A stretch of 64,000 nucleotides of DNA from an uncultured bacterium (GTDB taxonomy: Bacteria; Patescibacteriota; Minisyncoccia; Phycocordibacterales; GWA1-40-21). Shown one piece after another: positions 26,441 to 37,047 of the stretch. A program made the position numbers and the translations under genes. Numbering within the stretch: the stretch's first letter is position 1; every line of letters starts with the position of its first letter. Under the pieces are notes generated by a model. The model saw only the letters and a list, made by a program, of their open reading frames with translations. It was not told where the DNA came from and searched no databases. The DNA lies in assembly GCA_903823865.1 (NCBI GenBank), contig CAIJUJ010000021.1, positions 6,732 to 70,731 on the forward strand. The letters run 5' to 3'.

Positions 26441-26713
26441 GTGTTTTTTATCCATTTTGCTATACTCTTTCTCGTAATGACAGACCTAGCCACATATATA
26501 CCTTACATACAAATAATTCTTGCTATTCTTATAATAGCAGCTGTTTTGGTACAACAATCAGATGCTAGCTCAGGAGGTGCCTTTGGCGGTGCAGACAACT
26601 GGAATGCTGGATATCACACAAGAAGAGGTTTTGAAAAAGTTACATTTAATACCACAATCGTGCTCGGCGTACTTTTTGCATTATTCTCACTTTTAGCTAT
26701 AATTATTAAGTAA
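26441..26713 (+). CDS. secG: preprotein translocase subunit SecG (start possibly the Met at ~26477)
   Basis: 'LVQQSDASSGGAFGG' SecG signature between two TM helices. Confidence 0.65.
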   Translation: MFFIHFAILFLVMTDLATYIPYIQIILAILIIAAVLVQQSDASSGGAFGGADNWNAGYHTRRGFEKVTFNTTIVLGVLFALFSLLAIIIK

Positions 26714-26765
26714 ATTTGCTTTGTTGATTAGTCCTTGGTACAATATTTAGTATCATTTTTGACTC

Positions 26766-28523
26766 GTGAAAGAAAAGATTAAAAAAATTCTCAATAAAAA
26801 ATGGGAGATTAGATTTTTTGAAAATCTCTCAGATATGACAAAAAAATTCAGTATATCTGAAAAATTGTTATTTTATACCCTAAGTACAATACTAGTAATC
26901 TCCGGACTAGTCATATTAAACAAGGTTAATGATTCTGTTTCCGTACAGGTTCCAACGAACGGTGGGTATTTAAAAGAAGGTATTATCGGCACACCTAGAT
27001 TTATAAACCCAGTTCTCGCCGTTTCTGATGTCGACCACGATTTGGCTGAGCTTGTATATTCTGGATTACTAAAATTTGGACAAGACAATTCTATAATAAA
27101 TGATTTGGCTAAAAGCTATGATGTTTCAAACGACGGTCTTGTTTATACTTTCACACTTCGTGATGATATTTACTTTCACGATGGAACAAAAGTTACAACA
27201 GACGATGTTGAGTTTACAATAAATAAAATTCAGGACAGCACAATTAAAAGCCCAAAGAGACCAGGATTTTATGACGTAAAAGTTGAAAAAGTTGATGATG
27301 AAACGATTAAATTTATTTTGAAAAAACCATACTCACCTTTCTTGAGCAATCTTACAGTTGGAATATTACCCAAACATTTGTGGGACAACTTAACATCAGA
27401 TCAGTTTCCTTTAAGCCAGTACAACGTTGAGCCAGTAGGTTCTGGACCATACAAAGTGACAAAAATGGAAACCTTACAAAAAAACAGTTTGCTTATTCCA
27501 ACATATTACGAATTAAATGCTTTTGACGGATATGTTTTTGGTAAACCATTTGTTGAGCAGCTTATTATAAATTTTTATAAAGATGAAACTAGTTTAATCG
27601 ACGCATACAATAGACGTGAAGTAGAATCAATAAATTCAATTTCACCAGAAAAAATAATCAGCCTAAATAAAGATAATGGATCAAAAATAAATGTTTCTCC
27701 CCTACCAAGAGTTTTTGCAGTATTTTTTAATCAAAATCAATCGGAAGCTTTAACATACAAAGAAGTCAGGCAGGCATTAAATATGGCAGTAGACAGAAAT
27801 GCAATTGTAAACAGTGTTTTATCTGGCTATGGTAGCCCACTTTATAGCCCTATACCAGCGGGGTTACTAGACGATTCAAATAACAATATAACCGACAACA
27901 ACATTGATGGAGCTATAAGTTTACTTACAAAAGCAGGCTGGGTAAAAAGTACGAGCACGGGTATCATGACTAAAAAAATTAGCAAAACAAAAACAGTTGA
28001 ACTTTCATTTACAATTTCTACATTAAATAGTGACGACCTAGTAAAAGCTGCCCAGCTAATAAAAAGTGCTTGGGAAAAAATCGGCGCAAAAGTTGATATC
28101 AATCAATTTGATTTTGGAGATTTACAACAAAATATTATTAGACCAAGAAAATTTGAAGCACTTCTCTATGGAGAAGTTATTGGTAGAGATATGGACTTCT
28201 TCGCATTTTGGCACTCATCTCAAAGAAATGATCCTGGTCTAAATATCGCAATGTATACAAATGCAAAAGTTGACAAACTTTTGGAAGATGCAAGAACAAC
28301 ACTTGATACATCAGCAAGAATTACAAAATATAAAACATTTGCTGATGAAATTCAAAAAGATACCCCAGCAGTATTTTTATACTCACCAGAATTTATTTAC
28401 ATAACACCAGCAAAAATCCAAGGATTTACGCTTGGTACTGTTACACTACCATTCGAAAGATTTCTTGATATCAATAATTGGTATATTGAAACAAACAATC
28501 TTTGGAAGATTTTCACCCGTTAA
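26766..28523 (+). CDS. ABC transporter substrate-binding protein, family 5 (OppA/DppA-like), solitary
   Basis: 585 aa; N-terminal anchor; family-5 SBP architecture; no permease genes adjacent. Confidence 0.7.
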   Translation: MKEKIKKILNKKWEIRFFENLSDMTKKFSISEKLLFYTLSTILVISGLVILNKVNDSVSVQVPTNGGYLKEGIIGTPRFINPVLAVSDVDHDLAELVYSGLLKFGQDNSIINDLAKSYDVSNDGLVYTFTLRDDIYFHDGTKVTTDDVEFTINKIQDSTIKSPKRPGFYDVKVEKVDDETIKFILKKPYSPFLSNLTVGILPKHLWDNLTSDQFPLSQYNVEPVGSGPYKVTKMETLQKNSLLIPTYYELNAFDGYVFGKPFVEQLIINFYKDETSLIDAYNRREVESINSISPEKIISLNKDNGSKINVSPLPRVFAVFFNQNQSEALTYKEVRQALNMAVDRNAIVNSVLSGYGSPLYSPIPAGLLDDSNNNITDNNIDGAISLLTKAGWVKSTSTGIMTKKISKTKTVELSFTISTLNSDDLVKAAQLIKSAWEKIGAKVDINQFDFGDLQQNIIRPRKFEALLYGEVIGRDMDFFAFWHSSQRNDPGLNIAMYTNAKVDKLLEDARTTLDTSARITKYKTFADEIQKDTPAVFLYSPEFIYITPAKIQGFTLGTVTLPFERFLDINNWYIETNNLWKIFTR

Positions 28524-28728
28524 AGTTTTTACTGATGCATTATGCAATTTCCATATTTACTAAAGTAATAAAAATTAATTATTCATTGTTTATAAAAAAT
28601 AAAATAAGAAAAATAACATTGCATAATGCAAAAAAGTTATTTAAAAATATTATCAATAATAAATTTAAATAAGTTATAGAATTTAGTCACTCATAACTTT
28701 TTATCAGTAAAAATTTTCTCGGGTAAAT
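28524..28728 (+). promoter_or_regulatory. structured 5' leader/promoter of RNase J, homologous to the clpB leader (blocks 28524-28547, 28617-28638, 28695-28728)
   Basis: Same three blocks as upstream of clpB; begins at the stop codon of the preceding gene. Confidence 0.45.
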
Positions 28729-28738
28729 AAAACAAAAC

Positions 28739-30763
28739 ATGATATATAATCAACAAAATCAAAACAATCACGGTGGAAGAAAATTCATACCAAAAAGAAA
28801 TCCTTCTTTCGGACAAAACCATTCTACAACCCACCACACAAATAGTGGATCGTTTTCTGCTACTACACATGTGGTAAATACAAACACCAAATCTTTTGTA
28901 GCTGAAAATTTAAATAGACCAGAGACATTATTGGCAAATCAAACAAAAAAGAAACTCATCTTTGTAAGAAAAAGCCCAACGCACAACAACACAAATCAAA
29001 ATAACCCACAAAAACATACAGTAAAAAAACATGGCGTCAGAAAAGTAACATCTGAGGTTGCCACAAAAAAAGAACAAGTTATTCCAGCACTTGCCGAAGG
29101 AAACATAAGAATAATTCCGCTTGGAGGTGTTGAGGGTATAGGACAAAATATGACCGCCATTGAATACGGCGATGATATAATCGTCATAGACGCTGGTATA
29201 CAGTTTAAAACAGAAGAAACTCCTGGAATTGACTACATTCTTCCAAATACCAAATATCTCGAACAAAGAAAAGGCAAAATACGTGGTTTAGTAATAACAC
29301 ACGGCCACTTGGATCACATTGGTGCAATACCTTTTGTTATGGAGTCTTTGGGTAACTGCCCAATATACACAAGAGAATTTGGTGCGCTACTTATTAAAAA
29401 ACGACAATCAGAATTCCCCCACCTTCCAGAGTTAAATATAAAAATGATAGATAAAAATACAGATTTTTTACCTATTGGCACAAATTTAAAAATTAAGTTC
29501 TTTGGTATTACCCACGCTATTCCAGATTCAGCTGGCGTAATCATAGCAACACCGCACGGAGATATTGTTTGTACCGGTGATGTGAGAGTTGATAATACTA
29601 ATGGCACACCAAAAGAAAAGGAGTTCGAACAGTACAAAATGTTTAAAGACAGAAAAGTTTTATTGCTTATGATGGATTCTACTGGAATTGAAAAACCAGG
29701 TTGGGGTATATCTGAAGACTTAGTCATTTCAACAATTGATAATATTGTAAAAAATGTCACGGGTAGAATAATCATTGCTACTTTTTCATCTCAGGTGGAA
29801 AGAATTTTACATTTTATAAGAATGTCAGAAAAATATGGTAAAAAATTAGTCATTGAAGGAAGAAGCATGAAAAATAATGTGGAAATTATTAAATTTCTAA
29901 AACTTGCTGACACAAAACATATTATTGATGTAAAAGATATGCACGACTACCCTCCTCATAAACTCATGATACTTTCAACAGGGGCACAGGGTGAAGAGTT
30001 TGCTGGTTTGATGAGAATGTCAAATAACACTCACAAAGAAATTAAATTAAACAAAACAGACACAATTATTTTGTCTTCATCAGTTATCCCAGGAAATGAA
30101 AGAGCCGTTGCAGACTTGAAAGACAATTTGTACAGACATGATTCTAAAATAATTACTTATACTGACACGGATGTTCACGCTGGTGGTCACGGAAAAAGAT
30201 CTGAACTTGAATGGATTCATAGACAAATCCCCTACAAATTCTTCATGCCATATCACGGCCATCATTATATGCTTAAAATGCATGCCGAACTTTCAATGAA
30301 TATTGGTACTCCGAAAGAAAATATTATTGTACCAGATAATGGAAGTGTAGTTGAAATAGTAGAAAATGGTTCAAAAATAAAAATGTTAAAAGAAAAAGCA
30401 CCTTCGGGAATTGTGATGGTGGACGGATTCTCTGTTGGAGATGTTCAGGAAGTTGTTATTCGTGATAGACAAATGCTTGCACAAGATGGAATGTTTGTAA
30501 TTATTGCAAGTATAGATGTAAATCTTGGTAAACTAAAAAAATCTCCAGATATTATTTCAAGAGGTTTTGTTTATTTGAAAGAATCACAAGATTTACTGAA
30601 AAACACCAGAATTATTATTAAGAGAACAATTGAAGAAGGCGCTATTGGTAAACCAATAAATTTTGATATGCTAAAGGATGCGATTACTGATAATGTCAGT
30701 AGATATTTATTCCAAGAAACAGCAAAAAAACCGATGGTGATACCTGTGGTGATTGGGGTCTAA
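28739..30763 (+). CDS. rnj: ribonuclease J (beta-CASP metallo-beta-lactamase) with ~110-aa low-complexity N-terminal extension
   Basis: 'ITHGHLDHIG' MBL motif; beta-CASP region; N-terminus rich in N/Q/H/T. Confidence 0.85.
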   Translation: MIYNQQNQNNHGGRKFIPKRNPSFGQNHSTTHHTNSGSFSATTHVVNTNTKSFVAENLNRPETLLANQTKKKLIFVRKSPTHNNTNQNNPQKHTVKKHGVRKVTSEVATKKEQVIPALAEGNIRIIPLGGVEGIGQNMTAIEYGDDIIVIDAGIQFKTEETPGIDYILPNTKYLEQRKGKIRGLVITHGHLDHIGAIPFVMESLGNCPIYTREFGALLIKKRQSEFPHLPELNIKMIDKNTDFLPIGTNLKIKFFGITHAIPDSAGVIIATPHGDIVCTGDVRVDNTNGTPKEKEFEQYKMFKDRKVLLLMMDSTGIEKPGWGISEDLVISTIDNIVKNVTGRIIIATFSSQVERILHFIRMSEKYGKKLVIEGRSMKNNVEIIKFLKLADTKHIIDVKDMHDYPPHKLMILSTGAQGEEFAGLMRMSNNTHKEIKLNKTDTIILSSSVIPGNERAVADLKDNLYRHDSKIITYTDTDVHAGGHGKRSELEWIHRQIPYKFFMPYHGHHYMLKMHAELSMNIGTPKENIIVPDNGSVVEIVENGSKIKMLKEKAPSGIVMVDGFSVGDVQEVVIRDRQMLAQDGMFVIIASIDVNLGKLKKSPDIISRGFVYLKESQDLLKNTRIIIKRTIEEGAIGKPINFDMLKDAITDNVSRYLFQETAKKPMVIPVVIGV

Positions 30764-30773
30764 AAAACAAAAC

Positions 30774-30812
30774 AAAAGGCCGATTTGCTTCGCAAATCGG
30801 CCTTTTGATTTT
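30774..30812. terminator. bidirectional terminator
   Basis: aaaaggccgatttgc-ttcg-caaatcggcctttt. Confidence 0.8.
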
Positions 30813-31983
30813 ATAGTGTGTCTTTGATAGTTAAAGTATATCTTATGGCAAATATCATCAATAATCCTAAAATATAAAAAATACCATATATGGGCATAAA
30901 CATCATTAGAATAACAGCAATCAGTGGAGCAACAACGTACGCAAAAGAACCCACAAGTCTGTAAAAGTTTATAATGCTCAAGTTTTTATCATTAACCTGC
31001 TTGAAAAAATAGGTGTCATTCATGACCTCAACTATAGCAGCTCCAGTTCTTCCAACAAACAAAATAATTGTCCAAATTAGAATACTTCTATTGTGGACGA
31101 GCGGTATAATTGCAGTTGAAACCCCCATTAAAATATAACCCAGAGTAAGTAACTCTTTTTCGCCTAATTTTTTATCTGCCAAATAACCAAGCGGTATTTG
31201 AACAACAACGAATGGAATGAGTGCTATCGAAAAAATAATTCCACTTGTAACAAAATCAAAACCAACATAATGATTTAAATAAATTGTTCCGTAAATTACC
31301 ATCCAAGAGTAAAAAAACTGCAACATAAAACCAGAGGTTATAATATTCTTAATGTTTTTGTTCGAGCTAATACTTTTAATTGTTTCAAACATATTAAATG
31401 TTGTATAATCCGGATCTTTAAAATCTTTTAGACTCGAGGTGATAATAAAGAGTATCGGTATCATAATCAGTGCAACAATTAAATAAATCATTCTGAATGA
31501 AAATTGTTCAACGATAATACCGGCAAGCCATGGGGAAAATAGCCAAGCAAGATTTAAACTCGTTAAATATGTACCCCTTATCCCACCCGTTACCATATCG
31601 GGAGAATTATGTTCAATAAAGATATCAAAATTAAAATATATAGCTGTAGATAAAGCTCCGGAAATCAGGAAACAAAACAGTACAAGAAAAGTACTGTGGA
31701 AAAATGCTAGCCCCAAAAAATTTATAAAATACAATATTGATAAATAAAGGGTAATTTTATAATTGCCAAACTTTTTTAATAATTTTGGTATATAAATTAA
31801 AGCCACCAAAGAAAAGACGGCATTGAGTGCAAAAATAAGCCCCACTGCCTGTTGTGTCGTAAGACTTTGAATAAAACTGGAATTAATATAAGCTGGTATA
31901 GAAGCCGTAAAAGCAAAAATAAAACTTAAAATATACAAAATAAATAATTTTGATTTTCTAAAATTTGAAAAATTTATGCTCAT
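30811..31983 (-). CDS. MFS transporter
   Basis: 390 aa, ~12 TM helices. Confidence 0.75.
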   Translation of the reverse strand: MSINFSNFRKSKLFILYILSFIFAFTASIPAYINSSFIQSLTTQQAVGLIFALNAVFSLVALIYIPKLLKKFGNYKITLYLSILYFINFLGLAFFHSTFLVLFCFLISGALSTAIYFNFDIFIEHNSPDMVTGGIRGTYLTSLNLAWLFSPWLAGIIVEQFSFRMIYLIVALIMIPILFIITSSLKDFKDPDYTTFNMFETIKSISSNKNIKNIITSGFMLQFFYSWMVIYGTIYLNHYVGFDFVTSGIIFSIALIPFVVVQIPLGYLADKKLGEKELLTLGYILMGVSTAIIPLVHNRSILIWTIILFVGRTGAAIVEVMNDTYFFKQVNDKNLSIINFYRLVGSFAYVVAPLIAVILMMFMPIYGIFYILGLLMIFAIRYTLTIKDTL

Positions 31984-31990
31984 GTTTTTA

Positions 31991-32770
31991 TTATACTATA
32001 TTTTTATTTATTTTAATTGTCTCAATACACATAAACATTGGTATTTCCTTTCTAGCAACATCTTCAGCTTTTTGTCTTGGTCCATTTTGACTCTTTTTAT
32101 TGGAAATCCATTCTTCAAGCTTTGAAACAACAAAATGATTCTCATTAAGCGCTCGGAAATATGACTGCAGTGGCCTATGAAAAGATTTGGTGTATTGTTT
32201 AAATTTTTGTATCTTTTCTCCGGGGTTCATATCAATATTAATATTTATTTCTGACAAATATTTCTCAACTTTTCTAAATTGAACTTTATTTTTAACATCA
32301 TATCCCCAATCGCTCTTTTTTGGTACACGAAAAGCTGGATGATTTAACACGACAAATAATTTTCCGCTGTCTTTCAAAACTCTTGCACATTCTTTCACAA
32401 CAGCACTAAAATTTTCAATATTTTGAAGTGCTAAAACAATTGAAATCTTATCAATTGTTTTACTTTGTATAAAAAGCAAACTATCTGCAGAAGAAACAAA
32501 ATAAGTTTCATTCGTATTAGAGTTTTTCTTCGCAAGTTTAATAAGTTCCTCAGAAATATCTACCCCTATTACTTTTTCACAAAATTTTGCATATTCATGA
32601 GAGAAAAAACCTTGCCCACAAGCAAGATCCAAAACCGTATCGGTTTTATTAATTTCCATCAATTTTAACAAGTTTGGTAAAATTACTTGATTTTGATAAG
32701 TATTTTCTTTTTTAAGCAAATCATTATACCAATTTGATACATTCCCCCATGAAGTCAGCTGCTTTTTCAT
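31991..32770 (-). CDS. class I SAM-dependent methyltransferase
   Basis: Motif I 'VLDLACGQGFFS', 'VIGVDIS'. Confidence 0.8.
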   Translation of the reverse strand: MKKQLTSWGNVSNWYNDLLKKENTYQNQVILPNLLKLMEINKTDTVLDLACGQGFFSHEYAKFCEKVIGVDISEELIKLAKKNSNTNETYFVSSADSLLFIQSKTIDKISIVLALQNIENFSAVVKECARVLKDSGKLFVVLNHPAFRVPKKSDWGYDVKNKVQFRKVEKYLSEININIDMNPGEKIQKFKQYTKSFHRPLQSYFRALNENHFVVSKLEEWISNKKSQNGPRQKAEDVARKEIPMFMCIETIKINKNIV

Positions 32771-32772
32771 TT

Positions 32773-33222
32773 TTATTTTAATATTACTGGAATAAATATT
32801 GACTGGTCAAAATCTGGATTGCCAGATGGATTATCCTTATTCAAAACTAATAATGCTCTTCTGGTGCTTGTCGCTTTTGTATAAGTAAGTTCTGCATTAA
32901 AATTTACAAAATCAGTTGTCATCCAATCACTTTCTGCTTTTGCTGCCGTTGAAGCTAAAATATTTCCATCTGCATCAACAAGTTGGATTGGAAAAGATGC
33001 TTCAAAAAACCAGTTTCCTCTTGCTTTACCAACTATTTTTATTGGGTTTGAAACGACTTGGTTATCTTTAATATTATTCACAACAATCGGCATTTCAGTA
33101 GTTGAAGTTGAATTCACATCAATTTGTGATAATTTAGTTCCTCTTCTTCCCCAATCAAAAACGAGCACAAGCAAAGTGATGATAATTATAATTATTACTG
33201 TAAATATAATAAATCTTTTCAT
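32773..33222 (-). CDS. Gmad2-type immunoglobulin-like domain protein, membrane-anchored
   Basis: TM anchor; 'PIKIVGKARGNWFFEASFPIQLVDADGNIL' Gmad2-like core. Confidence 0.5.
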   Translation of the reverse strand: MKRFIIFTVIIIIIITLLVLVFDWGRRGTKLSQIDVNSTSTTEMPIVVNNIKDNQVVSNPIKIVGKARGNWFFEASFPIQLVDADGNILASTAAKAESDWMTTDFVNFNAELTYTKATSTRRALLVLNKDNPSGNPDFDQSIFIPVILK

Positions 33223-33236
33223 ATAAATATAACCAA

Positions 33237-33680
33237 TCAGTTATTCTTTGTTGTGGTTGAGTTTATTGTAGAGCTAGAGGAAATAATCCATGTCGGATAA
33301 CCTTGAATACCTTTGTCTATACAAAGTTGGGTATTGTCTGGACATTCAACATAGTTAATATATTTGAAAGAATCTCCAAAAGCAGCTTTCTGGTCTTTAC
33401 AGTGAGGACACCATTCAGCGCCATACATCACAGCACCTTTTTGAGTCAAACATTTAGCAAATTCATCATAATTTTTATTTGTTGGCAAAACACACTCTGT
33501 ACTTGATGCAAGTGTTTGCATTGTTTTTTCTCCTTCAAATCCTTCAATCCTAATACCATTATTTGATATAACGGGTTTAGAAGTTTTGTACAAAACAGCA
33601 AATATAAGAACAGCGATAATAACTAACACAGCAAAACTCATAATTATTATATTCCCCTTGCTTATTTTTTCGTCTTTCAT
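33237..33680 (-). CDS. membrane-anchored thioredoxin-fold protein (CPHC)
   Basis: TM helix; 'AEWCPHCKDQK' active site. Confidence 0.7.
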   Translation of the reverse strand: MKDEKISKGNIIIMSFAVLVIIAVLIFAVLYKTSKPVISNNGIRIEGFEGEKTMQTLASSTECVLPTNKNYDEFAKCLTQKGAVMYGAEWCPHCKDQKAAFGDSFKYINYVECPDNTQLCIDKGIQGYPTWIISSSSTINSTTTKNN

Positions 33681-33692
33681 TTTATTTTAATT

Positions 33693-34184
33693 TTATTTTT
33701 CATCACAACAATTCACGAGTTTGGCCATAATATCGTTCATCGTCATTGGTTTATTTTCGCTCGCTGTATTTGGCACATTAACTATTTTTAATCTTATCGC
33801 AAAAAACATATTGAACATTTTGTAAGCATTTTGAAACATTTCTTTTGCTTCTTCCTTTTTGTTATCAGATTGAAGTTTGGTGCCAACTTCCATAAGCCTC
33901 ATTGATGTCGCCAATAAATGTTTTGAAATACACCAAGCCTCACCTTCGGTTTTATCTATCATTCTTGCTAGAAGTTTCGCACGAAGAGAACGAATTTCCT
34001 GCAACATATCAAAATATTCAGGTTTATTTATTTTTGCACCAGTAAAGAAAAAATGCTCTTCGAGACTGATGAGATTCATAATGGCTATTGCCAAATCCTC
34101 TTCTGTAGAAAGATCAAGATTTTTACCTTGCTTAAATGCTTCAACCTTCTTCATTATTTCTTCATAATTCATTTCTTTTTTCAT
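33693..34184 (-). CDS. hypothetical helical protein within the thiol-disulfide cluster
   Basis: 163-aa ORF between the thioredoxin-like gene and ccdA; ends '...NCCDEK'. Confidence 0.4.
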   Translation of the reverse strand: MKKEMNYEEIMKKVEAFKQGKNLDLSTEEDLAIAIMNLISLEEHFFFTGAKINKPEYFDMLQEIRSLRAKLLARMIDKTEGEAWCISKHLLATSMRLMEVGTKLQSDNKKEEAKEMFQNAYKMFNMFFAIRLKIVNVPNTASENKPMTMNDIMAKLVNCCDEK

Positions 34185-34224
34185 AAAATTTTACTTTATA
34201 TACTTTCGACTTTCTAACTAATTC

Positions 34225-35013
34225 TTAGTTTATCATAAAAACCAACGAACCCAAAAGTATCATTATAAGTGCAATCCAAATTCTCGCTTGTTTCGTTTCT
34301 GCCTTTCTGATTTTATCCATCGTCTCCAAAACCTTTTTGTTTACAGCAATACCAAGGGCAACAAGCAAAGGTAAAACAAACATAAAATTATAAAACAAAA
34401 GATAAGCCGTACCTTTCAAAATATTATGCTGGTCATGCAAAAGTCCCAAAACAAATAAATATGGCCCACCGGTGCATGGGAATTCAAAAAGACCAACAAC
34501 AATACCAAGAATAAAAGATGCGGGTAAAGTTGCTTTTTCTATAAGCACTGAGATTCTCCCGTAAGCAAATTTTGGAATTTTTAGTTTGATTGGGAAACTT
34601 GGAAAAAATTCATTAATAAGTGCAACTAAACCAAAAAGGATTAAGGCAGTGGCACCAACTTTTGACATTAGGTTTGGAATATTAAATAGACTTAATGCTT
34701 TTAACAAACCCAAACCAATAAAAATATAAGTGGCGAATATTCCAAAAACATAAGCGAGTCCAGCCCAAACAATATCCCTTCTTTTTCTTCCAAGGCTAAA
34801 TAAAAAAGTTATAGTTAAAAATAAAACAGAAAAAGCACATGGATTTACGCTATCAATAAGTGCCGCGGAGCCAACAAGTGCCGGCATCCAACCTTTATAG
34901 GTTCTCATATCTGGGACATGAAGCTGAAAAACGCCCGAATATAAAAGTATTAGTCCAACGATAATTATAAGAAAAATTGCAACGGAAAAAATTTTGCGTT
35001 TATCAAAATTCAT
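34225..35013 (-). CDS. ccdA: cytochrome c-type biogenesis/thiol-disulfide transporter CcdA (DsbD family)
   Basis: 6-TM protein with 'NPCAF' and 'PCTGGPY' conserved cysteines. Confidence 0.8.
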   Translation of the reverse strand: MNFDKRKIFSVAIFLIIIVGLILLYSGVFQLHVPDMRTYKGWMPALVGSAALIDSVNPCAFSVLFLTITFLFSLGRKRRDIVWAGLAYVFGIFATYIFIGLGLLKALSLFNIPNLMSKVGATALILFGLVALINEFFPSFPIKLKIPKFAYGRISVLIEKATLPASFILGIVVGLFEFPCTGGPYLFVLGLLHDQHNILKGTAYLLFYNFMFVLPLLVALGIAVNKKVLETMDKIRKAETKQARIWIALIMILLGSLVFMIN

Positions 35014-35099
35014 AAAATGATTATAACATAATTTATTACTTTTCGAAGATGTAATATCAATTAATAGCTTTAGTTAAATATTTATATAAAAAAACCCCC

Positions 35100-35399
35100 C
35101 TATACAAACTGGGGGGCTCCTCTAACATAAGTATTAAGTTCGATGATAGCCATTCGATGTTCGATCGTAATCTCCGGTAATTTTACTTTATTTGACAGAA
35201 TATCGAGACAGTAATCCTCGACAAATTCTGGAACATCTGCAACAAACAAGCGTTTACTGCTATCTATTTCGCAAAATTCCAAAAAATATCCCATAATACT
35301 TTTTTGTGATATCTTTGGTACTTTTTTTTCAAATGCAAAATGAAAAAGGACAATTGGGTGAATGTTATATCTTATACAGACCAGTATAAACATTTCCAT
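35100..35399 (-). CDS. hypothetical protein
   Basis: 99-aa ORF, no family recognised. Confidence 0.3.
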   Translation of the reverse strand: MEMFILVCIRYNIHPIVLFHFAFEKKVPKISQKSIMGYFLEFCEIDSSKRLFVADVPEFVEDYCLDILSNKVKLPEITIEHRMAIIELNTYVRGAPQFV

Positions 35400-35511
35400 A
35401 TCACACCTCCCAATTCAGATTTTGAAACTAAAGCGATTACTATTTGTTCATCTAGTGATAATAATGTACTATTTCGATATTATTGTAAAGACGTGCATAT
35501 TATTAAATAAT

Positions 35512-35540
35512 AAAAAACACCCCACCGGGGTGTTTTTTAA
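35512..35540. terminator. bidirectional terminator
   Basis: aaaaaacacccc-acc-ggggtgtttttt. Confidence 0.75.
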
Positions 35541-35547
35541 AATACTA

Positions 35548-35664
35548 TTTAATTTTTCTCTTTCTATTTGCAATTCTTGCATTTTTTATTGCAAGTCGCT
35601 TTTTTGTTTTTTTAGAACGAGAAGCTTTATTCTTAGTATTTACTGCCATTCGTTTTGCCATAAT
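35548..35664 (-). CDS. very basic small protein (38 aa, Lys/Arg-rich), possibly ribosomal-protein-like
   Basis: 'MAKRMAVNTKNKASRSKKTKKRLAIKNARIANRKRKIK'; the longer ORF upstream overlaps the divergent aminotransferase, so the short form is chosen. Confidence 0.3.
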
Positions 35665-35743
35665 ACTCACATCATATACTAAATTCCTAAAAATAACAAC
35701 AAACATTGGTGCAAAAATTACAAAAAAATGATAAAGTTTTATT

Positions 35744-37045
35744 ATGCGAAACAATATTGTATATGAAGGTGCAGACCAGCTTACGTACGAAATACGCGAG
35801 ATTGTAAATGTTGCCGAAAAAATTGCAAAAACTGGCGTAGAAATCGCTTGGGAAAATATCGGCGATCCAGTAGCAAAAGGTGAAAAAGTCCCACAATGGA
35901 TTAAAGATGTCGTTTCCGATATTACCAAAAATGACGATAGTTCATACGGCTATTCCCCTACTCGTGGACTTTTGGCAACTCGTGAATATATATCAAAAGA
36001 GAGAAATCTTGAAGGTGGAATTCAAATAAAACCTGATGATATTTTATTTTTCAACGGACTTGGAGATGCAATTTCAAAAGTTTATACATATCTCAATTCC
36101 AAAGCTAGAGTCATTGGACCAAACCCAGCATACTCAACACACTCTTCTGCTGAAGCTGGACACGCGGACTCACCACACATTACTTACAGACTAGATCCAA
36201 ACAATCATTGGTATCCGGATTTGGAAGATTTACGTGTAAAAATAAAAGCGAACAAAGATATAAGCGGAATTTTGATTGTAAACCCCGACAATCCAACTGG
36301 AATGGTTTATCCGAAAGAAATTTTGAAACAAATAGTTGAGATTGCAAAAGAATTTAAACTTTTTATCGTTTCAGATGAGATTTATTCAAATCTTTCTTAT
36401 GGTGCCGAGCATTTTAAACTTGCATCTGTCATTGGTGATGTTCCTGGACTTGCACTTCGTGGCATTTCAAAAGAATTCCCTTGGCCAGGAGCAAGATGTG
36501 GCTGGGCTGAATTTTATAATTGTGATAAAGATGCAGATTTTGCACGATACGCAAAAACACTTTTGGATGCAAAAATGCTTGAGGTCTGCTCTACGACTTT
36601 GCCACAAAAAGTTTTGCCAAAAGTTATGAGTGATTCAAGATATTATCCATATTTAGCTGAAAGAGGGAAAAATTATCAGAAAAAAGCAGACATTGCTTAT
36701 GAAATATTTTCAAAAATTTCAGAGCTTATACTTCACAAACCAAATGGTGCTTTTTATATGACAGTGGTTTTTAAAAATAACGTTTTAAATAATAAACAAA
36801 AACTTTTACCAGCCAATCCCGAGGCTTGGAAAATTATAGAAAAAATTGGTGACACAGACAAACTTGATAAAAGATTTGTTTATCAACTTCTCGCCTCTCG
36901 TGGTATTTGTGTTGTTCCTCTTTCTTCTGGTTTCAATTCAGACTTATATGGTTTTCGCATAACTTTACTTGAACAAAATGAAGAAAAATTTAAGAAAATT
37001 ATTGAAACAATAGCAGAAGCGATAAAAGAATATATAAAAATTTAG
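35744..37045 (+). CDS. PLP-dependent aminotransferase, class I/II (alanine-aminotransferase-like)
   Basis: 433 aa; fold-type I aminotransferase layout. Confidence 0.8.
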   Translation: MRNNIVYEGADQLTYEIREIVNVAEKIAKTGVEIAWENIGDPVAKGEKVPQWIKDVVSDITKNDDSSYGYSPTRGLLATREYISKERNLEGGIQIKPDDILFFNGLGDAISKVYTYLNSKARVIGPNPAYSTHSSAEAGHADSPHITYRLDPNNHWYPDLEDLRVKIKANKDISGILIVNPDNPTGMVYPKEILKQIVEIAKEFKLFIVSDEIYSNLSYGAEHFKLASVIGDVPGLALRGISKEFPWPGARCGWAEFYNCDKDADFARYAKTLLDAKMLEVCSTTLPQKVLPKVMSDSRYYPYLAERGKNYQKKADIAYEIFSKISELILHKPNGAFYMTVVFKNNVLNNKQKLLPANPEAWKIIEKIGDTDKLDKRFVYQLLASRGICVVPLSSGFNSDLYGFRITLLEQNEEKFKKIIETIAEAIKEYIKI

Positions 37046-37047
37046 TC

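Noticed and set aside
35545-35928. 127-aa ORF on the minus strand
   Set aside because: Its N-terminal two thirds overlap the divergent aminotransferase start and terminator. Only the C-terminal 38-aa basic peptide is retained as a low-confidence CDS.
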